Shown: in pieces, positions 29,478 through 39,182 of the stretch
How positions within the stretch are numbered: the stretch's first letter is position 1
Layout: the number at the start of each line of letters is the position of its first letter
From: Spirochaetota bacterium
Lineage (GTDB): Bacteria > Spirochaetota > UBA4802 > UBA5550
Length of the DNA: 64,000 nucleotides
Direction: 5' to 3'
Assembly (NCBI GenBank): GCA_963664815.2
Contig: CAXXHB010000003.1
Location: forward strand, 3,392,001 to 3,456,000
The notes under the pieces: generated by a model
What the model was told of the DNA's origin: nothing
What the model saw: the letters and a program-made list of their open reading frames with translations, nothing else
Databases searched by the model: none
Translations under genes and position numbers: made by a program

Positions 29478-30173
29478 CTATCTTATTACGATTGCAGACG
29501 CAAGAAGATTTTCCGCATATTTTAAAACAGGTTTTAAATAAGGACTTATCCCTTCTTTTCTCCATTTGTTCTGCTCCACCTGAACAATTCCCCAGAATGC
29601 GCCCCAGACAAAATCTGTAGCATGATGAATGTCTGTATCCCTGAAAAAATTCTGCTCAACTGAAAGTGATACTATTGCATTACCCTCTTCAAAACACTTA
29701 TTACCCCATTTTTTAATAATGGAATATGAGTTTTCATTTAATTTATATACAATCCCGTATTGGAGAAAAATAGTAAAAAGCCTGAATAGATCCGGGTCCA
29801 GCTCAAAACTTCCATAATATACATTAAAAACATCATCCATTATAATCCACCCGGTATCATACTTCTTTTCTTCCAGGCGTTTTCGTATATCCTCCAGTTT
29901 GAGGGCAAGAAATTGTATCATTGGTTCAACAAGCTGTACAAAGAGTTCATCTTTTGTTTTAAAATACTGGTAAATGGTCGGTTTTGTAAGCCCCGCTTCG
30001 GCAGCTATGTCATCCATTGTCGCGCCGACATAACCTTTTGAAAGCATAACCTTCTGCGCTGCGCTGAGAATCTCTTCTGTTCTTCTTATTTTCTCTCTTT
30101 TAAGTCTGTTTTCCACCGGAGGTTTATGGAGCATTAGTTCTCTCTTTTGAATATGATGTATTTCTGATAACAT
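29478..30173 (-). CDS. TetR/AcrR-family regulator (true start may be further downstream)
   Basis: GATMDDIAAEAGLTKPTIYQYFKTKDEL HTH. Confidence 0.9.
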   Translation of the reverse strand: MLSEIHHIQKRELMLHKPPVENRLKREKIRRTEEILSAAQKVMLSKGYVGATMDDIAAEAGLTKPTIYQYFKTKDELFVQLVEPMIQFLALKLEDIRKRLEEKKYDTGWIIMDDVFNVYYGSFELDPDLFRLFTIFLQYGIVYKLNENSYSIIKKWGNKCFEEGNAIVSLSVEQNFFRDTDIHHATDFVWGAFWGIVQVEQNKWRKEGISPYLKPVLKYAENLLASAIVIR

Positions 30174-30212
30174 CTATTCATCTGATGTCAATTACTAATT
30201 GAATAATATTTA

Positions 30213-30235
30213 CCCTCCGGTCTGCAACCGGAGGG
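30213..30235 (-). terminator. Hairpin after the CoA transferase gene
   Basis: ccctccggt-ctgca-accggaggg. Confidence 0.55.
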
Positions 30236-30244
30236 CTGATCAGG

Positions 30245-31660
30245 TTAAATTTTATTTGTTTTTGTCCATATTTTATGCTCTTCTGCCGCCTTTATCAGTT
30301 CATCCCTGAAATCGGGGTGAGCAATGGATATAATTTTTTCAGCTCTCATCCACAATGGACAGAGTTTAAGATTAACTGCTCCGTATTCAGTTGCTATAAA
30401 CTGCACTGACTGCCTCGGAATTGTTACAGCTGTACCAGGCTTAAAATATGGAACTATTCTTGATGAAACTTTTCCATCTTTTGAGGTGTGGGTAGATGGC
30501 ATGCATATAAAGCTCTTACCACCTTTAGACCAGAAAGAACCATTAACAAAATCAAACATTCCGCCGTTTCCAGAAATCTGGTTAAATCCATCACTCTCGG
30601 CATTAACCTGCCCGAAAAGGTCACATTCTATTGCGGAATTGATAGATATAAAATCATCAATAGCCTTGATTGTATCAAAGTGATTACAATAACCCACATT
30701 ATATGATGCAATTGCCGGATTATTATCCATCCAGTCATAAAGCTTTCTGCTGCCAAGCGCGAAGGTGTAGGCTGTTTTCCAGCGATCGATATCTTTCCTG
30801 GAGTTGTTCAGTCTTCCTGCAAGATACATTTCCATGTAAGCATCAACAAGCATCTCAGTGTGCCCGCCAAGGTTTTTAAGATCACTATGTGCGATCATAT
30901 GACCAAGCGTATTCGGCATACCCCCTATACCAAGCTGAATACAGCATCCGTCATAAATATATTTAAATACATGCTCTGCGATTTTTTTCTCCACATCAGT
31001 TGCTTCAACATTCTGAAGTTCAAAAAGCGGTTCATTTGCACTTTCCACGATATAGTCTACATTTGATATGTGTATGCTTTCCCGGGCTCCACCAAGTGCT
31101 CTCGGCATATTGTTATTGACTTCAACAACAACCTTGTCCCACTTGCACCAGCTGTACATACAAGCGTTATTCATACCAAAATTGAAATAGCCGTTTTCAT
31201 CCATTGGGGCAGTACGCACAAAGTGCACATTCGGGAGCCTGATACCGGTTTTGGTCGGATCATAATCATGAAGATCTCCAACAAGATGTTCGCACTCCCA
31301 GTCTGTTTCCACAAAATTAAGAGGGCAGTAAGCCATCCTGTCAGGGAACAGAAACTTCATCATGCGTGAAAGCGGGGAATAATGAAAATCGCCGTAATAA
31401 AAAGATTCACCCGTCGGGTCCTTTGTAAGAACTTCAGGGAGGGGCGGAATAGTCACTGCACCAAATATCCCGACATTTTTCAATTCACCGGCCCTTCTTC
31501 CAAGTGCCGCATCACAGGTTATCGGTTTACCATTAAAAAAAGCATATGTTACCCAATCATCATTTTTAACGCATTTAACAGCCTCATCTGCGCTGCAGAG
31601 TTTTTCCTTGTACTGCTGATAAACATCCCTGTGTGAACTGAAGTCCATTTTATAAGCCAT
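30245..31660 (-). CDS. Acyl-CoA:acetate CoA-transferase (acetyl-CoA hydrolase/transferase family)
   Basis: IQLGIGGMPN, GHTEML catalytic Glu, ISGNGG, IATEYG, IAHPDFRDEL; strong RBS before ATG 31660. Confidence 0.9.
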   Translation of the reverse strand: MAYKMDFSSHRDVYQQYKEKLCSADEAVKCVKNDDWVTYAFFNGKPITCDAALGRRAGELKNVGIFGAVTIPPLPEVLTKDPTGESFYYGDFHYSPLSRMMKFLFPDRMAYCPLNFVETDWECEHLVGDLHDYDPTKTGIRLPNVHFVRTAPMDENGYFNFGMNNACMYSWCKWDKVVVEVNNNMPRALGGARESIHISNVDYIVESANEPLFELQNVEATDVEKKIAEHVFKYIYDGCCIQLGIGGMPNTLGHMIAHSDLKNLGGHTEMLVDAYMEMYLAGRLNNSRKDIDRWKTAYTFALGSRKLYDWMDNNPAIASYNVGYCNHFDTIKAIDDFISINSAIECDLFGQVNAESDGFNQISGNGGMFDFVNGSFWSKGGKSFICMPSTHTSKDGKVSSRIVPYFKPGTAVTIPRQSVQFIATEYGAVNLKLCPLWMRAEKIISIAHPDFRDELIKAAEEHKIWTKTNKI

Positions 31661-31890
31661 ATCTCTCCTCCTTCTATATATATTTATTAAAAACAAAAAA
31701 TGCCTTAACCGAACAATTCAATAGAGTTTTTTTAGATATACTGTTATAAAAAAACTCAAAATGCTATCTAACACTCAAATCAATATAAGATTTTTAAGCA
31801 AAAAGCTTTTTTTGCATAAGTTTTAATACTCAAATCATTGCTTAATGTTATATTTATCTGCTTTATATATAGCCATAATACGATTTGTCA

Positions 31891-31921
31891 AATATTATTT
31901 AACTTAAGGTTAAATAATATT
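31891..31921. promoter_or_regulatory. 13-bp perfect inverted repeat abutting a TTGACA (- strand); candidate operator
   Basis: aatattatttaac-ttaag-gttaaataatatt. Confidence 0.5.
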
Positions 31922-32038
31922 ACCAAAAGTAAACAGTTCATAAGTACTGGTTGATCAACGACCGATTGTGAGAGATTATTTGTTAAGACGCGTCATTTTG
32001 CCGGTTACTATCCAGAATGAGGTAAAAGATCGAAAAGA

Positions 32039-32063
32039 CCATGCCGGTAAAATACCGGCATGG
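32039..32063 (-). terminator. Hairpin downstream of the nitroreductase gene
   Basis: ccatgccggta-aaa-taccggcatgg. Confidence 0.55.
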
Positions 32064-32092
32064 CATAATGCGGGACCACGATAAAAACAGAC

Positions 32093-32707
32093 TCAGAAAG
32101 CTTCCTCCACAACCATATCAATCCGTTTCCGTCTCATTGTTTTATGACGATCCGGGGAGGCCTCTTTTTCATCAGAATAACCGGCTAGAAGAATATTTAC
32201 AGGTTCAAATGTATCCGGAATATTAAACTCATCCCTGATAATCTGAGGATCAAAGTAAGTCATCCATAAAGTACCAAGGCCGAGATCAGTTGCCGCAAGC
32301 ATCATATGATCCGTCACAATACTGGCATCAATATCTGACATCAATTTCCCGTCAAAAGGCCTTTTAAATGACTTACCTTTCTCTGAACAGATTATAAAAG
32401 CATTCGGCGCACCACAATTCTTTGCCCCTTTCGCGAGTTTTTCCATTCCGCTCTTTGACCGTATAACAACAACCTTATAAGCCTGCAGATTTGCTCCCGT
32501 TGGAGCTACACGTCCGGCCTCAATAATTGTATCAATGATATCGGATTTAACCGGGATATCTTTGTATCTTCTTACAGAAAAACGTTTTTTCGCGAGGTTC
32601 AGAAAACCGCTTTCACAAAAATATTCTCCGGAAAAGGCTCCGCTTTTCACTGACACTTCCTGACTGCTGCATGCACTACATTCCGCATCATTACAATTGT
32701 GTGTCAT
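32093..32707 (-). CDS. Nitroreductase family protein
   Basis: RFSVRRY, APTGANLQ, MMLAATDLGLGTLW; start MTHNC after GGGGG. Confidence 0.88.
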   Translation of the reverse strand: MTHNCNDAECSACSSQEVSVKSGAFSGEYFCESGFLNLAKKRFSVRRYKDIPVKSDIIDTIIEAGRVAPTGANLQAYKVVVIRSKSGMEKLAKGAKNCGAPNAFIICSEKGKSFKRPFDGKLMSDIDASIVTDHMMLAATDLGLGTLWMTYFDPQIIRDEFNIPDTFEPVNILLAGYSDEKEASPDRHKTMRRKRIDMVVEEAF

Positions 32708-32725
32708 ATAAATCCCCCTTTGATA

Positions 32726-32744
32726 TGTAATTATATTTATTACA
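32726..32744. promoter_or_regulatory. Rrf2-type operator TGTAA-N9-TTACA (copy 1)
   Basis: Four copies in this cluster, each in a gene-upstream region. Confidence 0.75.
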
Positions 32745-32804
32745 GTTAAAACTGCATTAAATTCTTTAATAAAATCAAAATACATCACCAGAACAGCTTG
32801 TGAA

Positions 32805-33599
32805 TCAATTTAAAAGTCTCAGAACATTTCCTCCAAGGACCATCTCCCTCAGCAGTTTATCCTTAACAATATATTCAACTGCCTCACGAGCAAGGCGGGG
32901 ATTCCCGTAAGGCATGTCTGAACTGAACAGGATTCTTTCGGGGAACTCCTTTATTCCATATTTCAGCGGCATAACAGAAAATGAGGCGGATATATCAAAA
33001 TATATATCAGGCTTGTTTTTTATATAATCAATAGTCTCAAGCCAGTATGACCCTCCGCCATGTCCGAGTATTGTTTTTACACCGGAATATTTCTCCGCAT
33101 ATCCAATAATAACGCGGATATCATCAACTGTCAGAGGATTAAAGGTATGTACCCATACAGGATATTTCCCGTCATAATCCGATGCTGATTTGAATATATT
33201 CTCTGCCTTATACGCTTCCCCCGCACCGAATGCAATTTCCCCGATTCCAGAAAGTTTATTTTTTACAATATGTGTTTCAATCCAGTCCGAAGTTAAATCA
33301 TATGCTTTTCCAGTCGGAACTGATCCGAAACCGATAAACTTATCACTGTTTTTTTCTATTACTGATACCAGCTCACCCATTGAACTGATCCTCGCATCAA
33401 GAGGGTTTATCTCACCACTCAGAATTCTGTTGAGCATATTCATTTCCCTTTTAAACACCTCTTTATTCCCGGCTTTTTCCGGATGCACAAGAGTGGGGAA
33501 AAGAACAGCCCTCTCCACACCAGCCTCTTTGAGCAATTCAACCTGTTCCTCAACAGGAAACATAACATGTACATGAGAATCAATTATCTGCGCTGACAA
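32805..33599 (-). CDS. Amidohydrolase family protein
   Basis: IIDSHVH, GIGE, ILGHGGG, FSSDMPY; probable TTG start overlapping the upstream stop. Confidence 0.85.
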   Translation of the reverse strand: MSAQIIDSHVHVMFPVEEQVELLKEAGVERAVLFPTLVHPEKAGNKEVFKREMNMLNRILSGEINPLDARISSMGELVSVIEKNSDKFIGFGSVPTGKAYDLTSDWIETHIVKNKLSGIGEIAFGAGEAYKAENIFKSASDYDGKYPVWVHTFNPLTVDDIRVIIGYAEKYSGVKTILGHGGGSYWLETIDYIKNKPDIYFDISASFSVMPLKYGIKEFPERILFSSDMPYGNPRLAREAVEYIVKDKLLREMVLGGNVLRLLN

Positions 33600-34230
33600 G
33601 TCGCACCCCCATTTCAAAAGCCTTCTGACAATCGACCGGGAACTGCTGTTCACGTCTTATGGCCTTTTCAACAGGATCAAATCTTGTCGAAACGTACTTT
33701 GAGTAGTCATCAAACTGATAGGTGTCATTCACTATAAGTGTTTCAGCAGTACCCAGTATCATTGCCATTACCCTTTCAACAAACATCGCAGCATGGCCGT
33801 AACCCATCTCTCTCATCCATTCATCTTTAGACCCCATGGTATATATGAAACCGGTTGCGATCTTTTTTTTAAATAATGAAATTATATCCATGTCATATAC
33901 AAGATACGGAAAGAGAAGCCTTTCCAGGAACGCTTTTGCCGAGGAGCTGAGGCTACCTATATAATTAGGCGATCCGAGAATGATTGCACCAGCTTCAGGC
34001 ACTTTTTCAAGGATTGGTGTTAATTCATCATTGACCGCACACCTGCCGTAACTTTTACCACCTTTAAGCTTGCACGCGAAACAGCTTACACACCCTTTAA
34101 AGTTCAAATCATAAAGATGAATTAATTCTGTTTCCGCTCCCGCAGAAGCTGCTCCATCAAGCGCCCGTCCAAGCAGCGTCGCTGTATTGCGGTCTTTCCT
34201 GGGACTGCCGTTGAATGCCATTATCTTCAC
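33580..34230 (-). CDS. Iron-sulfur flavoprotein / NADPH-dependent FMN reductase family
   Basis: NGSPRK, GCVSCFAC..C, GSPNY. Confidence 0.88.
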   Translation of the reverse strand: MKIMAFNGSPRKDRNTATLLGRALDGAASAGAETELIHLYDLNFKGCVSCFACKLKGGKSYGRCAVNDELTPILEKVPEAGAIILGSPNYIGSLSSSAKAFLERLLFPYLVYDMDIISLFKKKIATGFIYTMGSKDEWMREMGYGHAAMFVERVMAMILGTAETLIVNDTYQFDDYSKYVSTRFDPVEKAIRREQQFPVDCQKAFEMGVRLVSADN

Positions 34231-34259
34231 TTATTTTCTCCTTAAAATAAATTTTACTG

Positions 34260-34820
34260 TCACAACTCAATATTCATAATCCTTTTTTTTATTGTGTCCG
34301 CTTTATTATCAAAGCTCCATGAACTGCTGATCTTTATCGTATCAATAATGTCATATCCGCTGTTATTTAAGATGTAATGTATGTTTGATATCAGTAAAGG
34401 GAATTGCAGATCGTCTTCAGATCTGATATCGTCAGAAGCACATGTTACAACCAGTAAAGCCTTCTTCCCGACCATGTTCGGAACCGGCGGTTTGTCCAGG
34501 CAATACTCCAGCGTTGAAACATTTCTATCGAATATTACTTTCAGAGGTGCAGGCATATTGCTCCAGTATGAGGGTGTACCTATTACCAGGAGGTCCGAGT
34601 TTTTCAATTTATCACCCACCGAATGCCCATCATCCCCCGGAAGAATACATTTTTTATCAGGCCGGCACTTTAAACATCCTATACATGGTTTGACATCTAA
34701 ATCATACGCATGGATCAATTCATACTCATAACTGTTCTTGATTCTATCAACAATCATGCTTAATGCTTTCGCAGTGGGACCGTTTTTATGCGGGCTCCCA
34801 TTAACTATTAATGCTTTCAT
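34260..34820 (-). CDS. Iron-sulfur flavoprotein / flavodoxin family
   Basis: NGSPHK, PCIGCLKC..C, GTPSYW, KVIFDR. Confidence 0.88.
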   Translation of the reverse strand: MKALIVNGSPHKNGPTAKALSMIVDRIKNSYEYELIHAYDLDVKPCIGCLKCRPDKKCILPGDDGHSVGDKLKNSDLLVIGTPSYWSNMPAPLKVIFDRNVSTLEYCLDKPPVPNMVGKKALLVVTCASDDIRSEDDLQFPLLISNIHYILNNSGYDIIDTIKISSSWSFDNKADTIKKRIMNIEL

Positions 34821-34892
34821 ATTACCTCGTTATAATGACAATTTAAAAATCCGTACCTGACCGGATTATGCTTTATATTTTAGTACGTGATC

Positions 34893-35402
34893 TCAAACAT
34901 TACTTTTTATTATATCAGTTATACTGCCGATATACATCCTGTGGTAATCATTGTTATATATTCCATTAATTGACGGATCAAGAAAGTGCGATGGATCAAT
35001 ATCCTGGTAATACAGCTTGCTGCATTCAAGCACAAGTTTAGCCTCAGCAAAATGGACCACCCCATTCTCTGATACAACCGGAGTTAATCCCGATTCTTTC
35101 ACCTTGTCACAATCACGTCCCGATTTTGTCCCGCATAAATTCAGGGCTTTTCTGTACTTTTCATCAAAAAATGACAGCGAATATGATTTGTTCTTTTCCA
35201 TAAATTCATATGTATAACGTTGCGGCCGGATAAAAATATAGGAAACCGGTTTGTTCCAGAGAACACCAAGTCCTCCCCATGATGCTGTCATTGTATTGAA
35301 TGATTTTTCAGAACCTGCAGTGATAAGCATCCAGTCGCTGCCAATCAGCTTGAAAACATTTTCATCAATTCTGTTTAATTCCGTTTTTGCATAATTAATC
35401 AT
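34893..35402 (-). CDS. Flavin reductase-like protein (flavoredoxin)
   Basis: NTMTASWGG, RPQRYT, CGTKSGRD, HRMYIG. Confidence 0.88.
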   Translation of the reverse strand: MINYAKTELNRIDENVFKLIGSDWMLITAGSEKSFNTMTASWGGLGVLWNKPVSYIFIRPQRYTYEFMEKNKSYSLSFFDEKYRKALNLCGTKSGRDCDKVKESGLTPVVSENGVVHFAEAKLVLECSKLYYQDIDPSHFLDPSINGIYNNDYHRMYIGSITDIIKSNV

Positions 35403-35417
35403 ATATTGCTCCTTATT

Positions 35418-35436
35418 TGTAATTATATTTATTACA
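35418..35436. promoter_or_regulatory. Rrf2-type operator TGTAA-N9-TTACA (copy 2)
   Basis: Part of a 36-bp sequence identical to 32726..32761. Confidence 0.75.
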
Positions 35437-35521
35437 GTTAAAACTGCATTAAACCCTTAAATAATTTCGGCATAGCTGCAATACATACCGATAAATCCAG
35501 GCAATTATATTTCAAGGAAAA

Positions 35522-35540
35522 TGTAATTTTCTTTATTACA
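35522..35540. promoter_or_regulatory. Rrf2-type operator TGTAA-N9-TTACA (copy 3)
   Basis: tgtaa-ttttcttta-ttaca. Confidence 0.7.
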
Positions 35541-35556
35541 GTTTGCCTGAAAAAAA

Positions 35557-35961
35557 TTAAAGCATCGCCATGACACTCTTCAAAGTATATTTTCCGAGGT
35601 ATTCCTGGAATTTATCATCTGCCCCGGAAAGTATCTCATCCAAGACATTCTCAATATTTGAACCAATTTTACATGAAACACAACAATCATGACATTTAGG
35701 CTTAAGAAGATCCTCCTGGTTCAGAAGGTAAATATCTTTTAACGAAACCTTTGATAAATCACATGAAATAGAGAACCCGCCCCGGCTCCCCTCCTTTGAA
35801 TCTATATATCCCTCACTTTTCATTTTGGAAAGGACCTTTCTTATACGCACAGGATGAACCTTCATCAGTTCGGAAAGCCTGCCGCTTGTAAGGAGTTCAC
35901 CTTCATTTACCGCAAGAAGAAGGAGCGTATGAACACTTAATGCGAAATCACTATTAATCAT
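35557..35961 (-). CDS. Rrf2-family transcriptional regulator
   Basis: SDFALSVH, HPVRIRKVLSKM, GSRGGF wing, C-terminal Cys cluster. Confidence 0.92.
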   Translation of the reverse strand: MINSDFALSVHTLLLLAVNEGELLTSGRLSELMKVHPVRIRKVLSKMKSEGYIDSKEGSRGGFSISCDLSKVSLKDIYLLNQEDLLKPKCHDCCVSCKIGSNIENVLDEILSGADDKFQEYLGKYTLKSVMAML

Positions 35962-35965
35962 ATAA

Positions 35966-35997
35966 TGTAATATATTTTATTACAGTTTATATGTCAA
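35966..35997 (-). promoter_or_regulatory. rrf2 promoter TTGACA-N17-TATATT overlapped by operator copy 4 (35966..35984)
   Basis: Near-consensus sigma70 hexamers; ATG 7 nt after the -10. Confidence 0.75.
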
Positions 35998-36236
35998 GAG
36001 ATATTTGATATTTTTAAAACTGTTCATCTTACCCGGTACAAGGTTAAAACATCTTTTATAATGGATTTCAATATTAATTTCTTACCATATATTTTAGTAT
36101 AATACAAGCCGGAGAAACCGGCGCTTTCTGCATGCAGCACCCTTAATAGTAAATGGATATTATAATTTATCCATATTGACAACTTAACTTAACAATTACT
36201 ATATTGAATTCAGTACCATAGAATTGAGGAATCTGC

Positions 36237-36650
36237 ATGGAATGGAAATGGGACACCAAACTTGAAACCGGCATTGAAGAAATAGATGAGCAACATAAAG
36301 AGTTATTCAACAGAATTGATCAGCTTGAACTTGCGATATACAAAGGGATGGCTTCCTTTGAACTTGTAAAGTTACTGAAATACCTTGAATCATATATGAC
36401 TGATCATTTTAAAATGGAGGAAAAACTGATGATTGACTGCATCTATCCCGATTTTGAATATCATGCCAGGCAACATGAAGAATTCAGAAAAACCTTTAAC
36501 GAAATACTGGATAGTGTTAAAAACAGAGGTACTGATATATATCTCGCCATAGATATTGATAAACAGATGAGGAAATGGTGGGAAAAACATATTCTTAAAA
36601 TGGACATGGCATATCTCCCTTATTTAAAAAGTAAAAAAGATTTCATTTGA
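36237..36650 (+). CDS. Bacteriohemerythrin
   Basis: IDEQH, HFKMEE, HARQH, WWEKHI..D iron ligands. Confidence 0.9.
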   Translation: MEWKWDTKLETGIEEIDEQHKELFNRIDQLELAIYKGMASFELVKLLKYLESYMTDHFKMEEKLMIDCIYPDFEYHARQHEEFRKTFNEILDSVKNRGTDIYLAIDIDKQMRKWWEKHILKMDMAYLPYLKSKKDFI

Positions 36651-36697
36651 TAAAATATAAATCCTTATATATATAATAAATAAACAATAACCATAAA

Positions 36698-37330
36698 TTA
36701 TTCTTTTCTGTTTATCTCACTGACGAGTTCTTTTACCATCCTGTCAAGAACCAGTTCCCTGTATGAATCAAGAGATCTGTAACCAGGCATATATTCATCC
36801 TGTTCTGATTCAGCATAACGGTTTTTCACTGAAAAAACTTCAATACCGCTGGAAACAGCAGTCAATTTCACGATAATATTAAACCTGTAAACATTTACCC
36901 TTTTTACATCATCATTCCTGTCATTTTTGCCGCCTGATAAGATATAACCGGGCATAAAAGAACCATGCTGCCTTATATCTCTCTGAATCTCCTTATTCTC
37001 TATAATTTCACCTGTAAGAACCATATCAACGTCTAATAGCTTCCCTGTTTTTATTATATTTTCCTGCGTAATCCCGGAGGTATTGAATTCTTTTTTTTTC
37101 AGCAGTAGTTCTGTTTTCTCTTTATCAATTACTCTGAAATGCATATCAAGAAGTGCTGACCTGAACTTCTCTTCAGACGATGAATATATCTCATCTTTAA
37201 AAGTTTCAGATGATTTAAAAGGCAGAATAACAACACTATTTCCAGGTTTTACAAGATCTCTGTTCAATGATATATCAGTCGTTACACAACCGGCTGAAAA
37301 AACCAACATCATAAGTAATATATTTTTCAT
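36698..37330 (-). CDS. Lipoprotein, CsgG/TolB-N-like fold
   Basis: Lipobox SAGC; VVILPF, GKLLDVDMVLTGEI pattern. Confidence 0.65.
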   Translation of the reverse strand: MKNILLMMLVFSAGCVTTDISLNRDLVKPGNSVVILPFKSSETFKDEIYSSSEEKFRSALLDMHFRVIDKEKTELLLKKKEFNTSGITQENIIKTGKLLDVDMVLTGEIIENKEIQRDIRQHGSFMPGYILSGGKNDRNDDVKRVNVYRFNIIVKLTAVSSGIEVFSVKNRYAESEQDEYMPGYRSLDSYRELVLDRMVKELVSEINRKE

Positions 37331-37643
37331 AATCTGTTCCTCCGGATAACCAGCTAATATTAGCTAATATTCTATTATACAAAATATCATATCTCATGTA
37401 ATCAAAACAATGAAATTTGATAAAAATTAATAATACACATTACTATCTAATGACGTTATAAGACGTGAATTGTTAAATATAATTTATAATTACAAAATAT
37501 ACTTTTCTTATAGTTGTCACACTCGAATGATACTCCATATATACAACAAAGTCTGTTTTTTATTGATGTACATGTTGACATCCTGAATGCGTTTTATTAT
37601 TAATTCCTGTATTAAATAGTATATTTTGAATCAGGGGACTTTG

Positions 37644-39077
37644 ATGAATACACAGGAAGATTCAAACTCAGTACACAACCCATGGATAATTTTTTCAGTT
37701 GTTGCAATGTGTACATTTATGTCAACACTCGATTCCAGCATTGTGAATGTCGCATTGCCGGTAATAACAAAGGCGATGGGAACCCGGATAGACATTGCTC
37801 AATGGATTGTCACTGCTTATCTTTTAACAATTTCATGCCTCCTTCCGATTTTCGGCCGCGCAGGGGACATGTACGGGCAGAGAAGAATACTGACTGCCGG
37901 AATGCTTGTTTTTATTTTAAGCTCTGCGGCCTGCGGTCTTTCATCATCCATATTAATGCTTATCGTTTCACGGATTATACAGGCCATTGGTGCATCGATG
38001 ATGATGTCCAATGCCCCTGCAATAATTGCCACAACATTTCCGGCAAATGAAAGAGGCCGTGCGCTGGGAGCTATAGGTGCCGTTGTTGCCATGGGATCTA
38101 TCACAGGCCCCAGCCTTGGAGGTATACTGGCCGGAATTCTCGGATGGCAATCAATATTTTTTATAAATCTTCCTATTGGTATTGTTGCATTCACCATGGG
38201 CCGCTTATTGTTACCAAAAGGTTTCCATAAAGATGAAACATTTGATTTCACAGGTTCTCTGCTTTTTGCTGTTTCAATATGCAGTTTCCTTCTTGTATTG
38301 AGCCACGGAGGGAAATGGGGGTGGCGTTCAGTCCAGGTTTATACCGGAATCTCTACCGGTATAATTTCTCTTATCCTTTTCGTTTTTATTGAAGGAAAAG
38401 TTAAACACCCGATGCTTGACCTTACCCTCTTCAGGAACTGGCCCTTTTTAGCAGGCAACCTTTCAGGCCTTCTATCTTTTATGGCCATGTTCAGCAATGC
38501 TATCCTTCTCCCCTTTTTTCTGACAAACATTGACGGTTTATCCCCCTCCAGTGTCGGGCTGATAATAACGCCCTTCCCCCTTGTTATGGGGATCACGGCT
38601 CCGGTCAGCGGATATCTTTCAGAAAAAGTCAAACCTGTATTCCTGACAACAACAGGGCTTTGTATAACCACTGTTGGATTAACAATAATGAGCAGAATTG
38701 ATGCCAATACCTCTGTTTTTCACATTGCCCTGATACAGGCTTTTATGGGTCTTGGCAGCGGTTTATTCCAGTCACCGAACAACAACAGCGTTATAAGCTC
38801 TGTGCCACGGGAGAAGATGGGTACGGCAGGGGGACTAAATGCACTCATGAGAAATATCGGCATGGTTACAGGTACAGCAATTGCTGTTTCAATTTTCGAA
38901 AACCAGAGAACTGGTTTTCTGCAGGGGATACCTAACCCAACAACAATTCAGAAAACTACGGCCTTTCTCCATGGTTACCATTCGGCAATTATGACCGGTG
39001 CATTTATTGCAGCTGCAGGTGTATTTATTTCGTTCAACAGAAAAGGTTATGCCAACTCATTTAAAAAGCAGCTTTAA
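37644..39077 (+). CDS. MFS transporter, DHA2 (14-TM) family
   Basis: LDSSIVNVALP, GRAGDMYGQRR, WQSIFFINLPIG. Confidence 0.92.
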   Translation: MNTQEDSNSVHNPWIIFSVVAMCTFMSTLDSSIVNVALPVITKAMGTRIDIAQWIVTAYLLTISCLLPIFGRAGDMYGQRRILTAGMLVFILSSAACGLSSSILMLIVSRIIQAIGASMMMSNAPAIIATTFPANERGRALGAIGAVVAMGSITGPSLGGILAGILGWQSIFFINLPIGIVAFTMGRLLLPKGFHKDETFDFTGSLLFAVSICSFLLVLSHGGKWGWRSVQVYTGISTGIISLILFVFIEGKVKHPMLDLTLFRNWPFLAGNLSGLLSFMAMFSNAILLPFFLTNIDGLSPSSVGLIITPFPLVMGITAPVSGYLSEKVKPVFLTTTGLCITTVGLTIMSRIDANTSVFHIALIQAFMGLGSGLFQSPNNNSVISSVPREKMGTAGGLNALMRNIGMVTGTAIAVSIFENQRTGFLQGIPNPTTIQKTTAFLHGYHSAIMTGAFIAAAGVFISFNRKGYANSFKKQL

Positions 39078-39100
39078 TATAACCGGTATATTAAGCAAAA

Positions 39101-39133
39101 AAGGGCTATCCTGCTCAATGCAGAATAGCCCTT
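39101..39133 (-). terminator. Intrinsic terminator between the convergent MFS and CoA transferase genes
   Basis: aagggctat..atagccctt stem preceded by an A-run. Confidence 0.7.
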
Positions 39134-39182
39134 CAGGGAACACCTTTATATCCTCATAAAAAGAATGGAATTCTATTAATAG

